IMG/VR virus record: IMGVR_UViG_3300020156_000001
Span: 32,001-96,000 of that record
Strand: one strand, 5' to 3'
DNA from: a virus
Lineage: Duplodnaviria; Heunggongvirae; Uroviricota; Caudoviricetes
Length of the DNA: 64,000 nt
Below are positions 39,161 to 46,932 of this stretch, piece after piece. A program made the translations under genes and the position numbers. The stretch's first letter is position 1. Every line of letters begins with the position of its first letter. The notes under the pieces were generated by a model. That model saw only the letters and a program-made list of their open reading frames with translations. It had not been told where the DNA came from and ran no database searches.

Positions 39161-39582
39161 ATCTGTTTCCAGATTTTTCCATCTTTGTCAACAAACGTGT
39201 CGGGTTTGCTGTTGATGAATTCATGGTCCAGCTGAAAAGAAACTGCGCAAAACCGTTCGATTAGTGGAACCAATTGGGGATCTAGAATCTTATCGGCGAT
39301 CCGTAGGGGGTCAAAGTAAACGCGATTGCCATTGGGCTGAATGAGGATGCCACTCCAATATCGAGACTTGAAAAGCAAGTATTTTGCATCAAGCTCAATA
39401 CGAGCGTTGTTGGTGAGAACACCCTTGTAATAGCGATGGAAACTTGGGCAATCCTCTGGAGCATCTGTAATGCTGATCGCTGGTGCAGCTGGAATATGGC
39501 GTTCTCTTATGAGAACTTCACTTGTGATCGCCGGCGCTTTGGGTTCGGGTTCATCAAATAGCGCGAGAAACTTCTTCAGCAT
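39154..39582 (-). CDS. Hypothetical protein
   Basis: 142-aa ORF; GAGGAG RBS. Confidence 0.6.
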   Translation of the reverse strand: MLKKFLALFDEPEPKAPAITSEVLIRERHIPAAPAISITDAPEDCPSFHRYYKGVLTNNARIELDAKYLLFKSRYWSGILIQPNGNRVYFDPLRIADKILDPQLVPLIERFCAVSFQLDHEFINSKPDTFVDKDGKIWKQIG

Positions 39583-39773
39583 TATTTGGTCTCCTCAAGA
39601 ATCTCAGCACCTTTGTGAGCACCAGCAGCTTGACCTAAAGCATATGCGGTCTTGAGAGCCGATTTGAGCTGCCAAACGCTCATCTCGTGAAAGTCGAGAG
39701 AATCGCTATTGCGGGTCTCAAGAGTTTCAAGTCCGAGAATCGTTTTAGCGATTTGTTCAAGTGCTTCATCCAT
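39582..39773 (-). CDS. DUF6900-like small protein
   Basis: LETRNSDSLDFHEMSVWQLKSAL motif. Confidence 0.7.
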   Translation of the reverse strand: MDEALEQIAKTILGLETLETRNSDSLDFHEMSVWQLKSALKTAYALGQAAGAHKGAEILEETK

Positions 39774-39899
39774 GTCCGATCTCCTGTTGTTGTCCTAAAT
39801 CTAGCACAGAATAGGAAAGAGTCAACCACAAACAGAAACAGCACCCTTTCGAGTGCTGCTTCCTTGCCAACGATCGATCATGCCTTGAAAGAATCGTGG

Positions 39900-40038
39900 G
39901 TGAATGTGAACAAGTGAACACCTAGGATGTTTTGACGGACACTCTACCACTGAGTTATATCCAAGTTGCCCTGGATAGTTGGATTCGAACCAACGACCTT
40001 CTGTTTGGATAACCCTAAGCTATCGGCTCACAACTCAC
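39900..40038 (-). ncRNA. yrlA: YrlA-type Y RNA (copy 1; permuted tRNA-like domain)
   Basis: GUGAGCCGAU..GGUUAUC, then T-arm, acceptor stem closed by GGCAAC, D-arm, then CACUUGUUCAC; own promoter. Confidence 0.82.
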
Positions 40039-40069
40039 ATATAGTAGAGTGCCAATGGAAGGTCAAGAG

Positions 40070-40155
40070 CAAAAAGCCCTCAGCCTTGAAGGGGGAAACC
40101 TGGGGTGCTGAGGGCTCTATGGTTACCATGCGGCCGTTCATCTCCACATGACACA
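40070..40155 (-). ncRNA. Candidate sRNA C
   Basis: TTGACC..TATATT promoter, ~85 nt, terminator AGCCCUCAGC..GCUGAGGGCUUUUU. Confidence 0.5.
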
Positions 40156-40189
40156 CTTAATATAGTTGCTTGGTTTGGAAGGTCAAGAG

Positions 40190-40270
40190 CAAATAGCCCC
40201 GAAGGGTCCAGCAGCGGTTCCATCAGGGCTATAAGGAAGAGTTGGTGTGGCTTCCAACAACAACTTCGCC
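40190..40270 (-). ncRNA. Candidate sRNA B
   Basis: TTGACT..TAAAAT promoter, ~80 nt, CUCUUCCUU linker, terminal hairpin with U tract. Confidence 0.5.
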
Positions 40271-40306
40271 TAGCATTTTAATTATTCTATAGGGGAAGTC
40301 AAGGGT

Positions 40307-40377
40307 GAAACAGCCCAACGAGTGGGCTGCTTCTTCGCGTGGAGTAACTTGCAACGAAAGGCCAATGGCCCGCACAA
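40307..40377 (-). ncRNA. Candidate sRNA A
   Basis: TTGACT..TAGTTT promoter, ~70 nt, terminator GCAGCCCA..UGGGCUGUUUC. Confidence 0.45.
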
Positions 40378-40436
40378 ACAAACTAATGTTCATCCCGCGT
40401 AAGTCAAATGAAAACCCCGCCGGCATGGAACGGCGG

Positions 40437-40580
40437 GGTTTGTGAGCAAGTGCTTGGTAAGCTCATTTTACGGTGTCCTAACCACTAGACGAACCCCACA
40501 TAGTTGGAGCGGGGTATGGGATTCGAACCCATGTAACCGGCTTGGAATGCGATAACCTTACACATTCGGCTCACAAAACC
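40437..40580 (-). ncRNA. yrlA: YrlA-type Y RNA (copy 2; Gly-like acceptor with internal UCCA)
   Basis: GUGAGCCGAAU..GGUUAUC..UUCCAAG, T-arm, ACCCCGC-UCCA-ACUAU-GUGGGGU, D-arm, CACUUGCUCAC; terminator at 40411-40441. Confidence 0.82.
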
Positions 40581-40590
40581 GTATCTAGCG

Positions 40591-42150
40591 TTAGGCCGCC
40601 AGTAAGTCAACCGCCCCAGCACAAGTAAAGGGGCAAAAGTCAATTGGATCGTCGAGATTCAAATCCTCAGCAAAGATCCGATTGATGATCGCATATGAGG
40701 GGTTGCTTGCGTCAAAAACCTTATTACCAGCAAACAAAAATGCTTCAACTTTGGCCAATTCCTTTTGGCGAAGAGTAAGCGTGTCCGTTTCCACTGCTTT
40801 GATGTCAGGGCGAGACATCGCTCCTTCGACCATCTTTTTCATCAACTTGTATGAAGCAATATCTACAACCGGTAAACCGCAAATCTTTTCCAACACTTCC
40901 CGAGAATTTGTACGGCACTTGAGATCCGCAGCTTGATCACAGCCGGCTGCCGTGCATTTGTTGTGCTTCGCAGCGTCGTACACATGCAAGCAAGCCTCGC
41001 AAGTGTATGCGAGCTTTTTGTTCTTGAAGTCGCTCGCTGAGTGCGCGGACTTGCGCTTTGTAAACTTTACGTCCGGTGCATAATCAAAATGCGTCCACTG
41101 CTTGGTCTCGATGTTGTCGAGTTCCATGTTATTGCCATAGTCGAAAATGTAGCCTGCAGTCTTTTCGCCATCTGCGCGAGTTACGCGACCCGCACACTGG
41201 TGCATAAGTGCGATGCTAACCATGTTACGATCGATGATCAGGAACTTGGCAGGCTTGCAATCAAAGCCTTCACAGAGGGAATCAACACTGCACAGGACGT
41301 CAATAAGACCATCTTCAAACTGCTTGAAGTAACGCTGACGTTCAGCCATCGTTTGCTTGCCCTCAATAAGCTGGGCACGAACACCGGCGGCGCGGAATGC
41401 TTTCTCATAGCTTTCGGCGAACTGGACTTCCGTTGTTACAAGAATTGTCCGCTTGTTTGCGCTATCCTTAGTGTATTCAAGCCAGTCATTAACAACGTGC
41501 GAGCCCTTTGGACGACGAGTTACAACCGGCTTAACAATAAAGCCCATTGCGATCAGATCAGCAATCGAAGCTGCCGTGATCATGCGATCAGCGTACCAAG
41601 ACCAAAGATGTTCGCCATCCTTGTTCTGTTCGCGGCGTGGAGTAGCGGTAAGGCCAACGATTTTGCAGTTGGGGAAATAGTTCTTTGCAGCTTGGCTGCT
41701 TGCTGCGGTGTTCTTGTGTGCCTCATCCATAAACAAGTAGTCGGCAGTCCAAAACAGCGGGAGCTTGAGATCGCTATTACCAGCAACCACACCGGAGAAT
41801 GTTTCCGGCATTGTGATAATAACGTTGCCAAGCTTTGTAGAGAACGGACGACCATACTTGTCGGCCTTGAGCGTGTTGTGGAGAACCGCTGCAGGAATAC
41901 CCATGTCCCGGACCAGCGTGTTGTAGAACTGCTCGACCAGCGTCATGCTAGGAACAACAACCATAAACTTTGCTGAGGGATTGATTTCGATCAGCTGGCG
42001 AATAAGCCCAGCAGCGATAACAGTTTTTCCAGATCCAGTTGCGGACTGAATCAGCACACTTACGCAATTTTGAAGAATGAGAATATCAATAGCGCGTGTT
42101 ACGCAATTGCTTTGATACGCATGTAGCGTAAGTTTGTTTGTGCTTTGCAC
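40591..42150 (-). CDS. SF2 DEAD/DEAH-box helicase
   Basis: ATGSGKT, DEAH, TATP, EGFD, QCAGRVTR motifs; C-terminal Cys cluster. Confidence 0.9.
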   Translation of the reverse strand: MQSTNKLTLHAYQSNCVTRAIDILILQNCVSVLIQSATGSGKTVIAAGLIRQLIEINPSAKFMVVVPSMTLVEQFYNTLVRDMGIPAAVLHNTLKADKYGRPFSTKLGNVIITMPETFSGVVAGNSDLKLPLFWTADYLFMDEAHKNTAASSQAAKNYFPNCKIVGLTATPRREQNKDGEHLWSWYADRMITAASIADLIAMGFIVKPVVTRRPKGSHVVNDWLEYTKDSANKRTILVTTEVQFAESYEKAFRAAGVRAQLIEGKQTMAERQRYFKQFEDGLIDVLCSVDSLCEGFDCKPAKFLIIDRNMVSIALMHQCAGRVTRADGEKTAGYIFDYGNNMELDNIETKQWTHFDYAPDVKFTKRKSAHSASDFKNKKLAYTCEACLHVYDAAKHNKCTAAGCDQAADLKCRTNSREVLEKICGLPVVDIASYKLMKKMVEGAMSRPDIKAVETDTLTLRQKELAKVEAFLFAGNKVFDASNPSYAIINRIFAEDLNLDDPIDFCPFTCAGAVDLLAA

Positions 42151-42305
42151 TTTGCTGTTCCTTATTGGAGTTATCGTTTCCGATCTTCCTATACCAACAC
42201 ATTAATAGGAAGTGTATAGGAACGTCAACAGGAATCTGCTCAGTTTTTCTGTTTTTCTGTGAAAAGATTATGGCATGAAAAAGCCCGGACGAACCGGGCT
42301 TTCTA

Positions 42306-42701
42306 TTATGGGTAAAGCTTTGCGTTGAGCTGAAAGTGAGGACCATCCTTAAAGGACTTCCAATCACCGCCCCATTCCACAGCAACACCAAGTTCCTTTG
42401 CCGCAGCCTTCATAGCTTCAGCAAGCTTGTAATAGAGAGGCCAATCCCAACGGATCTGACCATCAATAAGAGCAGCAAGATCAACAGCCTTGGACAGACC
42501 ATCCTTGCCAGGAATATGACGAGAGTTCATAGTCTTCGAAGCGCCAGCAGCTACGAGAACTTTCTGCTCAGCAATCGTACGAACACCGCAAGTTACTGTA
42601 AAGTCAACTTGTGTGAGTTGGATAGCGCGTTCAACAACACGAACTAGGTCGGGATGAACACCCTGGAGTTTAGCCTTACTATTAGAGCCAAGTACGAACA
42701 T
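42306..42701 (-). CDS. Endolysin, M15 family L-alanyl-D-glutamate peptidase
   Basis: GVRT..Q, SRH..AVD, WGGDW..DGPHFQL motifs; late promoter upstream. Confidence 0.88.
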   Translation of the reverse strand: MFVLGSNSKAKLQGVHPDLVRVVERAIQLTQVDFTVTCGVRTIAEQKVLVAAGASKTMNSRHIPGKDGLSKAVDLAALIDGQIRWDWPLYYKLAEAMKAAAKELGVAVEWGGDWKSFKDGPHFQLNAKLYP

Positions 42702-42703
42702 GG

Positions 42704-42740
42704 AAATACCTCGCAAGTTTAGGGGTTGCGAGGTATTTAC
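42704..42740 (-). promoter_or_regulatory. Late promoter (GTAAATA) overlapping an RBS-sequestering hairpin of the endolysin
   Basis: 13-bp perfect IR AAATACCTCGCAA/TTGCGAGGTATTT; the 3' arm holds the GAGG RBS. Confidence 0.75.
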
Positions 42741-42769
42741 CTAGTTTTAGTGCTCAGCAAAAACGCTGG

Positions 42770-43180
42770 TTAATTGAGGCCGCCGTAGCCCAAGTTAACG
42801 CCGTCGCGGAAGCTAAGCTTGAACATCGTCATTTCTTCCTTCGTGGCAAAGCTTACGAAGATGTCGTACTGTGGACCGAGAGCCAACGCACGAATGCTTT
42901 TTGGATCCACCAGCGATTCGGGAAGAGCTTCACCGTTAACAACAATCTCCGGGGTGAAGAATGTTTTGGTTGCGCGGCGGCTTACCACATAAGCGTTGAA
43001 GTTTTCGTTGTCCTTGATTGCTTCAGCAATTTCACGAATGAAAGCAATTTCGCCGCCTTCATCCTGGCCAGAGCGATCCTGACCATCGGCATGAACACTT
43101 GTCCACATAGTGGTTCCCAGTCGAATGTGGAAACCAAAATTGTCGAAATCTGCACTGCCTGTACGGGACCAAGTAGTCAA
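42770..43180 (-). CDS. FKL-motif family protein
   Basis: VSFATKEEMTMFKLSF; GAGGA RBS with TTG start. Confidence 0.65.
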   Translation of the reverse strand: MTTWSRTGSADFDNFGFHIRLGTTMWTSVHADGQDRSGQDEGGEIAFIREIAEAIKDNENFNAYVVSRRATKTFFTPEIVVNGEALPESLVDPKSIRALALGPQYDIFVSFATKEEMTMFKLSFRDGVNLGYGGLN

Positions 43181-43314
43181 TGTGTTATCCTCATAAATGC
43201 CTAACTGATTGCCACGTTAATAGGATTAGGTATTCTATGCAAGAAGTTTTTTGAAGTTTTCCTAAATTTATTCCTAATACGGAAAACAGAAAAGCTAGGA
43301 TGAATCCTAGCTTT

Positions 43315-43390
43315 TGGTTGCGTGTGGCCGGAATCGAACCGACTTTCTCAAGCTTATGAGGCTTGCGACTTACCACTTGTCCTCACCGCA
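43315..43390 (-). tRNA. tRNA with CAT anticodon (Met or Ile2)
   Basis: Cloverleaf with CTCATAA loop, ends GCAACCA; one bulge in the acceptor stem. Confidence 0.8.
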
Positions 43391-43421
43391 GTTCTATTTA
43401 TATGCGAACCGCAGGAGAAAG

Positions 43422-43691
43422 TCAACAAAATCTTAATTTAAATTCCATTGCCACTGCGGTGTCGTAAATGGCCACCCAAACATTACCCCAAGCAAATTGG
43501 GTCTCTACTATACGTCCTTTGCCCCACTCATGGAGAACACCACGCATTTCCGTAATGTCCTCAGGACGATCAACTACACTAAGATCGTAAACAAACAGAA
43601 ATCCTCGCTGCATCCAAGAGTTTTGGACACTTACGGTGCTTCGATATTCGTCAAGTGAGGCAGTACGAAAAGTTCTCACGTTTATCCCCAA
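43422..43691 (-). CDS. FKL-motif family small protein
   Basis: VAIYDTAVAMEFKLRF. Confidence 0.65.
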   Translation of the reverse strand: MGINVRTFRTASLDEYRSTVSVQNSWMQRGFLFVYDLSVVDRPEDITEMRGVLHEWGKGRIVETQFAWGNVWVAIYDTAVAMEFKLRFC

Positions 43692-44014
43692 TAAAGCTTG
43701 AACTGCAAAGCGTGAGCTTTCTCAACAAAAGCAAACATGCTTTGCCCTTGCATTTGATCATAATGGAAGTCGTCGAACTGAGCTTCGCACCATTGCCTGA
43801 TAGCTATGCGGATACTTTGGGTTTGTTCCAAAGTAAGAGTGACATGCGGACGTAAGTTAAACTGAACGTCTATTGGTTCAAGAAAATCAAATGAGCCAAA
43901 GATAAAGAAATTGTACTTTAGCGGAATATGGTCGAAAAAGCGATTAACTTCCTTTTTAGGCCAATTCCTTCCTTCGAAGTATTTGAAATCGACATCATTG
44001 TGCGCGTTCGACAT
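43682..44014 (-). CDS. FKL-motif family small protein
   Basis: FAFVEKAHALQFKLYWG. Confidence 0.65.
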   Translation of the reverse strand: MSNAHNDVDFKYFEGRNWPKKEVNRFFDHIPLKYNFFIFGSFDFLEPIDVQFNLRPHVTLTLEQTQSIRIAIRQWCEAQFDDFHYDQMQGQSMFAFVEKAHALQFKLYWG

Positions 44015-44022
44015 TCACGATC

Positions 44023-44262
44023 CTATGCGTAAAATTCCTCAGGAAGCGTTGGCATGCGTTCGCGAAGTTCAGCTTCTTCAATACGTACGAAGCCGGCGGA
44101 ATTGGTGCGCTTTTGTTTCCAAAGGCTGGCAAAGTAGGCTTCACTGCCTTTTTCGTCTGTGCCTCCAAGGTTCCCATTGGAACCCCAGAAGCTTACAAAC
44201 TTGCCACCAACACTTGCATAGCCCCACGTTTTGGGGCCATTCTTCGCTGCAACAATAATCAT
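44023..44262 (-). CDS. Small hypothetical protein (WGR-like)
   Basis: KTWGY..VSFWG pattern. Confidence 0.5.
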   Translation of the reverse strand: MIIVAAKNGPKTWGYASVGGKFVSFWGSNGNLGGTDEKGSEAYFASLWKQKRTNSAGFVRIEEAELRERMPTLPEEFYA

Positions 44263-44271
44263 GTGTTTCCT

Positions 44272-44700
44272 TTATCCGTCGTACTTGCTACGATTGCGGC
44301 CTTCGACAACCGTAAGAACGCGCTTGGGTGCATTGGGGTTGGCAAACATTGCCTTGGCCTGGGAATCAGTGATTCGGTAACGCTGGCCGTTTGGTTCCGA
44401 ATACGTCCAAGTGTATTTGCCGCGATTGGTGTGAGACAAGATCTTCTGGCCGCGAGCGTTGACCGGCAGCATTCCCATGATCTCGATAAGACCAAGCAGC
44501 GAGCTGGAAAGTTTTACTTCGCCGCCTTCGCCGCGCAAGCTGACCGTCATCTTCGTAGTGAACGAAGCGTCCGTGTATGAACCGCTACCAAATGTAAGAT
44601 CAACGCCGAATTCATCGGCAACCTTCTTCATCGCAGCTTCAAGTTCCTTAGAGAACTTGTTAACGTTTGCGCGGTCAAAAGCAGTAATGTTGGTCTTCAT
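44272..44700 (-). CDS. Hypothetical protein
   Basis: GGAGATCGAAAATG after an early promoter. Confidence 0.7.
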   Translation of the reverse strand: MKTNITAFDRANVNKFSKELEAAMKKVADEFGVDLTFGSGSYTDASFTTKMTVSLRGEGGEVKLSSSLLGLIEIMGMLPVNARGQKILSHTNRGKYTWTYSEPNGQRYRITDSQAKAMFANPNAPKRVLTVVEGRNRSKYDG

Positions 44701-44764
44701 TTTCGATCTCCGTTTGTTTGTGTTGTCCCAAACATATAGGAATTCAGGAACTAGTCAACCAGAA

Positions 44765-44947
44765 TTATCCACGGGCTGGAACAATAATGTACTCAATAGA
44801 ATCTGCTCCACTGCCGGAGATTGCTTTGGCCGCTTGTTCAGCCACCTTTTCATTAACATAGCTGTCGGAAACCATCACATATGATGCGCCAGATGTTAAA
44901 GGACGAACCAACAGCGCGTATCGCGTAAACACATAGTTAGACATCAC
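44765..44947 (-). CDS. Small hypothetical protein
   Basis: Coupled to the upstream gene. Confidence 0.45.
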   Translation of the reverse strand: MMSNYVFTRYALLVRPLTSGASYVMVSDSYVNEKVAEQAAKAISGSGADSIEYIIVPARG

Positions 44948-45554
44948 GCTTCTCCGTTATGGTGTCAATGTCCAAGTCTAGCACTTGGTTGATATCCAAG
45001 CAAATAAAACGTGTACCGTCGTAGGTGGCATCAAACTCTTTGTGGTAATGACCAAAGATCCAAAGCTTGGGCTTGTGAAGTGCCCAAAGCGCACCCAAAG
45101 CTTGCTGAGTCCGCGATAGGTCCCAAATTTGCCGGCCCAACACGTAATGGCAAATTGGATCAGGAACATCATGCGAAACTACGATATCCGGCTTAATACG
45201 AACGTATTCATCGGTAAGCTGATAAAACTCACCGATAGAAAGTTCCTCATCAGGCCACCAGCTCACGCCTTCGATACGATGCGCACGATCAATACTTTCG
45301 GCGCCACCGATAAAGAAGATTTGCCCATCAAAATGTCCATCAGGAATCCATCTAGGATCTTCTTTGCATTTTTGCGGATCATCGTGGTTGCCACGAATAA
45401 AGCGATCCTTTAGTGGATCAATTGGATCCGGCTTGGGCGGAGTTTTAAATCCCATGCCATAGTCGCCGACTTGAACTGTTTCGTAATCCCAAAGCAGCTT
45501 TTCATAAGTTTCAAACTGGGCGTGAATATCGCCGATAAATCTCATCCAACGCAT
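44937..45554 (-). CDS. Calcineurin-like metallophosphoesterase
   Basis: GDIH, GD, RGNHD, SH, FGHYH motifs. Confidence 0.88.
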   Translation of the reverse strand: MRWMRFIGDIHAQFETYEKLLWDYETVQVGDYGMGFKTPPKPDPIDPLKDRFIRGNHDDPQKCKEDPRWIPDGHFDGQIFFIGGAESIDRAHRIEGVSWWPDEELSIGEFYQLTDEYVRIKPDIVVSHDVPDPICHYVLGRQIWDLSRTQQALGALWALHKPKLWIFGHYHKEFDATYDGTRFICLDINQVLDLDIDTITEKRDV

Positions 45555-45612
45555 AAAATTTCCTAAGTAAGATATGGAAACAGGACCCTTTCGGATCCTG
45601 TCTACATTAATT

Positions 45613-45764
45613 GGGGTGTGAGAGCAAGTGGGAGCTTGGACCGTTTTCTGTGCTAACCACTACACTAAGGCCCCATACGTGATTGGTGGAGCCTCCAGGA
45701 TTCGAACCTGGCCTAGTCTTTTCCAATAAGAGATAACCCAAACAGATCGGCTCTCACAGTCCTC
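45613..45764 (-). ncRNA. yrlA: YrlA-type Y RNA (copy 3; Ala-like acceptor G3.U70 with internal ACCA)
   Basis: GAGAGCCGAU..GGUUAUC, T-arm, AGGCUCC-ACCA-AUCACGUAU-GGGGCCU, D-arm, CACUUGCUCUCAC; own promoter TTGACT..TATATT and terminator. Confidence 0.82.
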
Positions 45765-45795
45765 AATATAGTGGGTTGTACCGGCGAAGTCAACC

Positions 45796-46194
45796 TTAAT
45801 AATACGAACTAATTTGATAAATGTGGACACCCATGACCAACAGAATTTGTAGACAAATCCCCCAAGTCATTCCAATAACAAAATGCTTGCTGTAGTTGGG
45901 CTGTGAACGTTTTTTAGCCAATGCTGATCGAAACATTGAGTCTTCATCATCTTTATCACGTTCACGCATTTCGCGAGAATATGCCCACCACATGATATTG
46001 ATAGAGAAAAAGATAGCAACTATCGTTGATATCCACAAATTCATCTGGCTGAACGGAATCGCATTCGACAACGCGATTGGAATAAACCACATTACAAATA
46101 GTCCCGCTCCACTTGCTACCATGTCAAAGTTTTTGCCGATAAGTGAGAGCAGCTTGTGGATAAGGTCGAAGACCAAAAACAACGGGTTAGTCAT
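45796..46194 (-). CDS. Membrane protein
   Basis: Three hydrophobic segments. Confidence 0.6.
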   Translation of the reverse strand: MTNPLFLVFDLIHKLLSLIGKNFDMVASGAGLFVMWFIPIALSNAIPFSQMNLWISTIVAIFFSINIMWWAYSREMRERDKDDEDSMFRSALAKKRSQPNYSKHFVIGMTWGICLQILLVMGVHIYQISSYY

Positions 46195-46600
46195 CGGCTT
46201 CTTCCTTCATCAACTGTAGATCTTTTACAAACTTGGGCAAGTCATTTCGCAGGTATGGACCCAACGCCAATACAGTCGTAGTGGGCTCAGGAAACACCGT
46301 ACGGCCGGCATCGGTAACCTTATACGTTGCGATACCCGCTGCCTCACATTCGCGCTCAGCACGCTCTAATGCAGCGAGATTCTTACACGTGACTATGATC
46401 TTGGGAGTGTTGTCGCGTTCGTATTGTTCATACGTTTCAAGCAGCTTTCCACCGGTGCGGAAGATTCTCGCGGTTAGCCGTTCAAACGCATGGCCAGATT
46501 GCCCCGCAAGCTTTCCCTTTGGAATTGGCTTGTCATCGATCGTACGAAGATCCTTGCGCACGACTAACCACATCTTTAACTCGTTTACAGGATTGTCCAT
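46187..46600 (-). CDS. Peptidyl-tRNA hydrolase, Pth2 type
   Basis: KMWLVVRKDL..GKLAGQSGHA..KI..DAGRT..T.LALGP motifs. Confidence 0.88.
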   Translation of the reverse strand: MDNPVNELKMWLVVRKDLRTIDDKPIPKGKLAGQSGHAFERLTARIFRTGGKLLETYEQYERDNTPKIIVTCKNLAALERAERECEAAGIATYKVTDAGRTVFPEPTTTVLALGPYLRNDLPKFVKDLQLMKEEADD

Positions 46601-46932
46601 TTTAGATCATGTAGTCCTTTTCCGCTGCGGTCGTTGGTCACCCACATGAAACCCAACGGCGCTGGTATTGTTAGCTTCAAAAGCAAAGCATCAGCTTTGC
46701 TGGTCAAGTAGAACACACTACGCCGCCTAAACAGCTTATAGTTGGCTACACCATTTTCATCCAAATTCTCAATTTCAATGCGGGTTAAATTGTTCCCAAT
46801 GTAAACCCGCCGAGATTCATCCTGTAGCCATTCATAAAGCTCGCTGGTTTGGATGCGGTTCTGAAAGTTTACCTTTACTAGGGTACCACCTTCGACCACA
46901 ACGTCAGTAAGCCGATCACGTATGTAGATCAT
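46585..46932 (-). CDS. FKL-motif family small protein
   Basis: FYLTSKADALLLKLTI. Confidence 0.6.
   Translation of the reverse strand: MIYIRDRLTDVVVEGGTLVKVNFQNRIQTSELYEWLQDESRRVYIGNNLTRIEIENLDENGVANYKLFRRRSVFYLTSKADALLLKLTIPAPLGFMWVTNDRSGKGLHDLKWTIL

Noticed and set aside
39835-40615. CRISPR array
   Set aside because: Only one ~22-nt junction is duplicated; the units are promoter/terminator cassettes, not repeat-spacer units.
41041-41976. 311-aa + strand ORF and many other antisense ORFs in the track
   Set aside because: These are shadows of well-supported genes on the opposite strand (helicase, virion proteins).
39900-45764. Calling the three T-arm/D-arm elements ordinary tRNAs or tRNA pseudogenes
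   Set aside because: The halves are in permuted order with no intact anticodon arm, and all share flanking Ro-binding-type motifs; YrlA fits better.
45613-45764. Permuted two-piece tmRNA
   Set aside because: It has the Ala acceptor but is only ~150 nt between promoter and terminator, with no tag reading frame or pseudoknot region.
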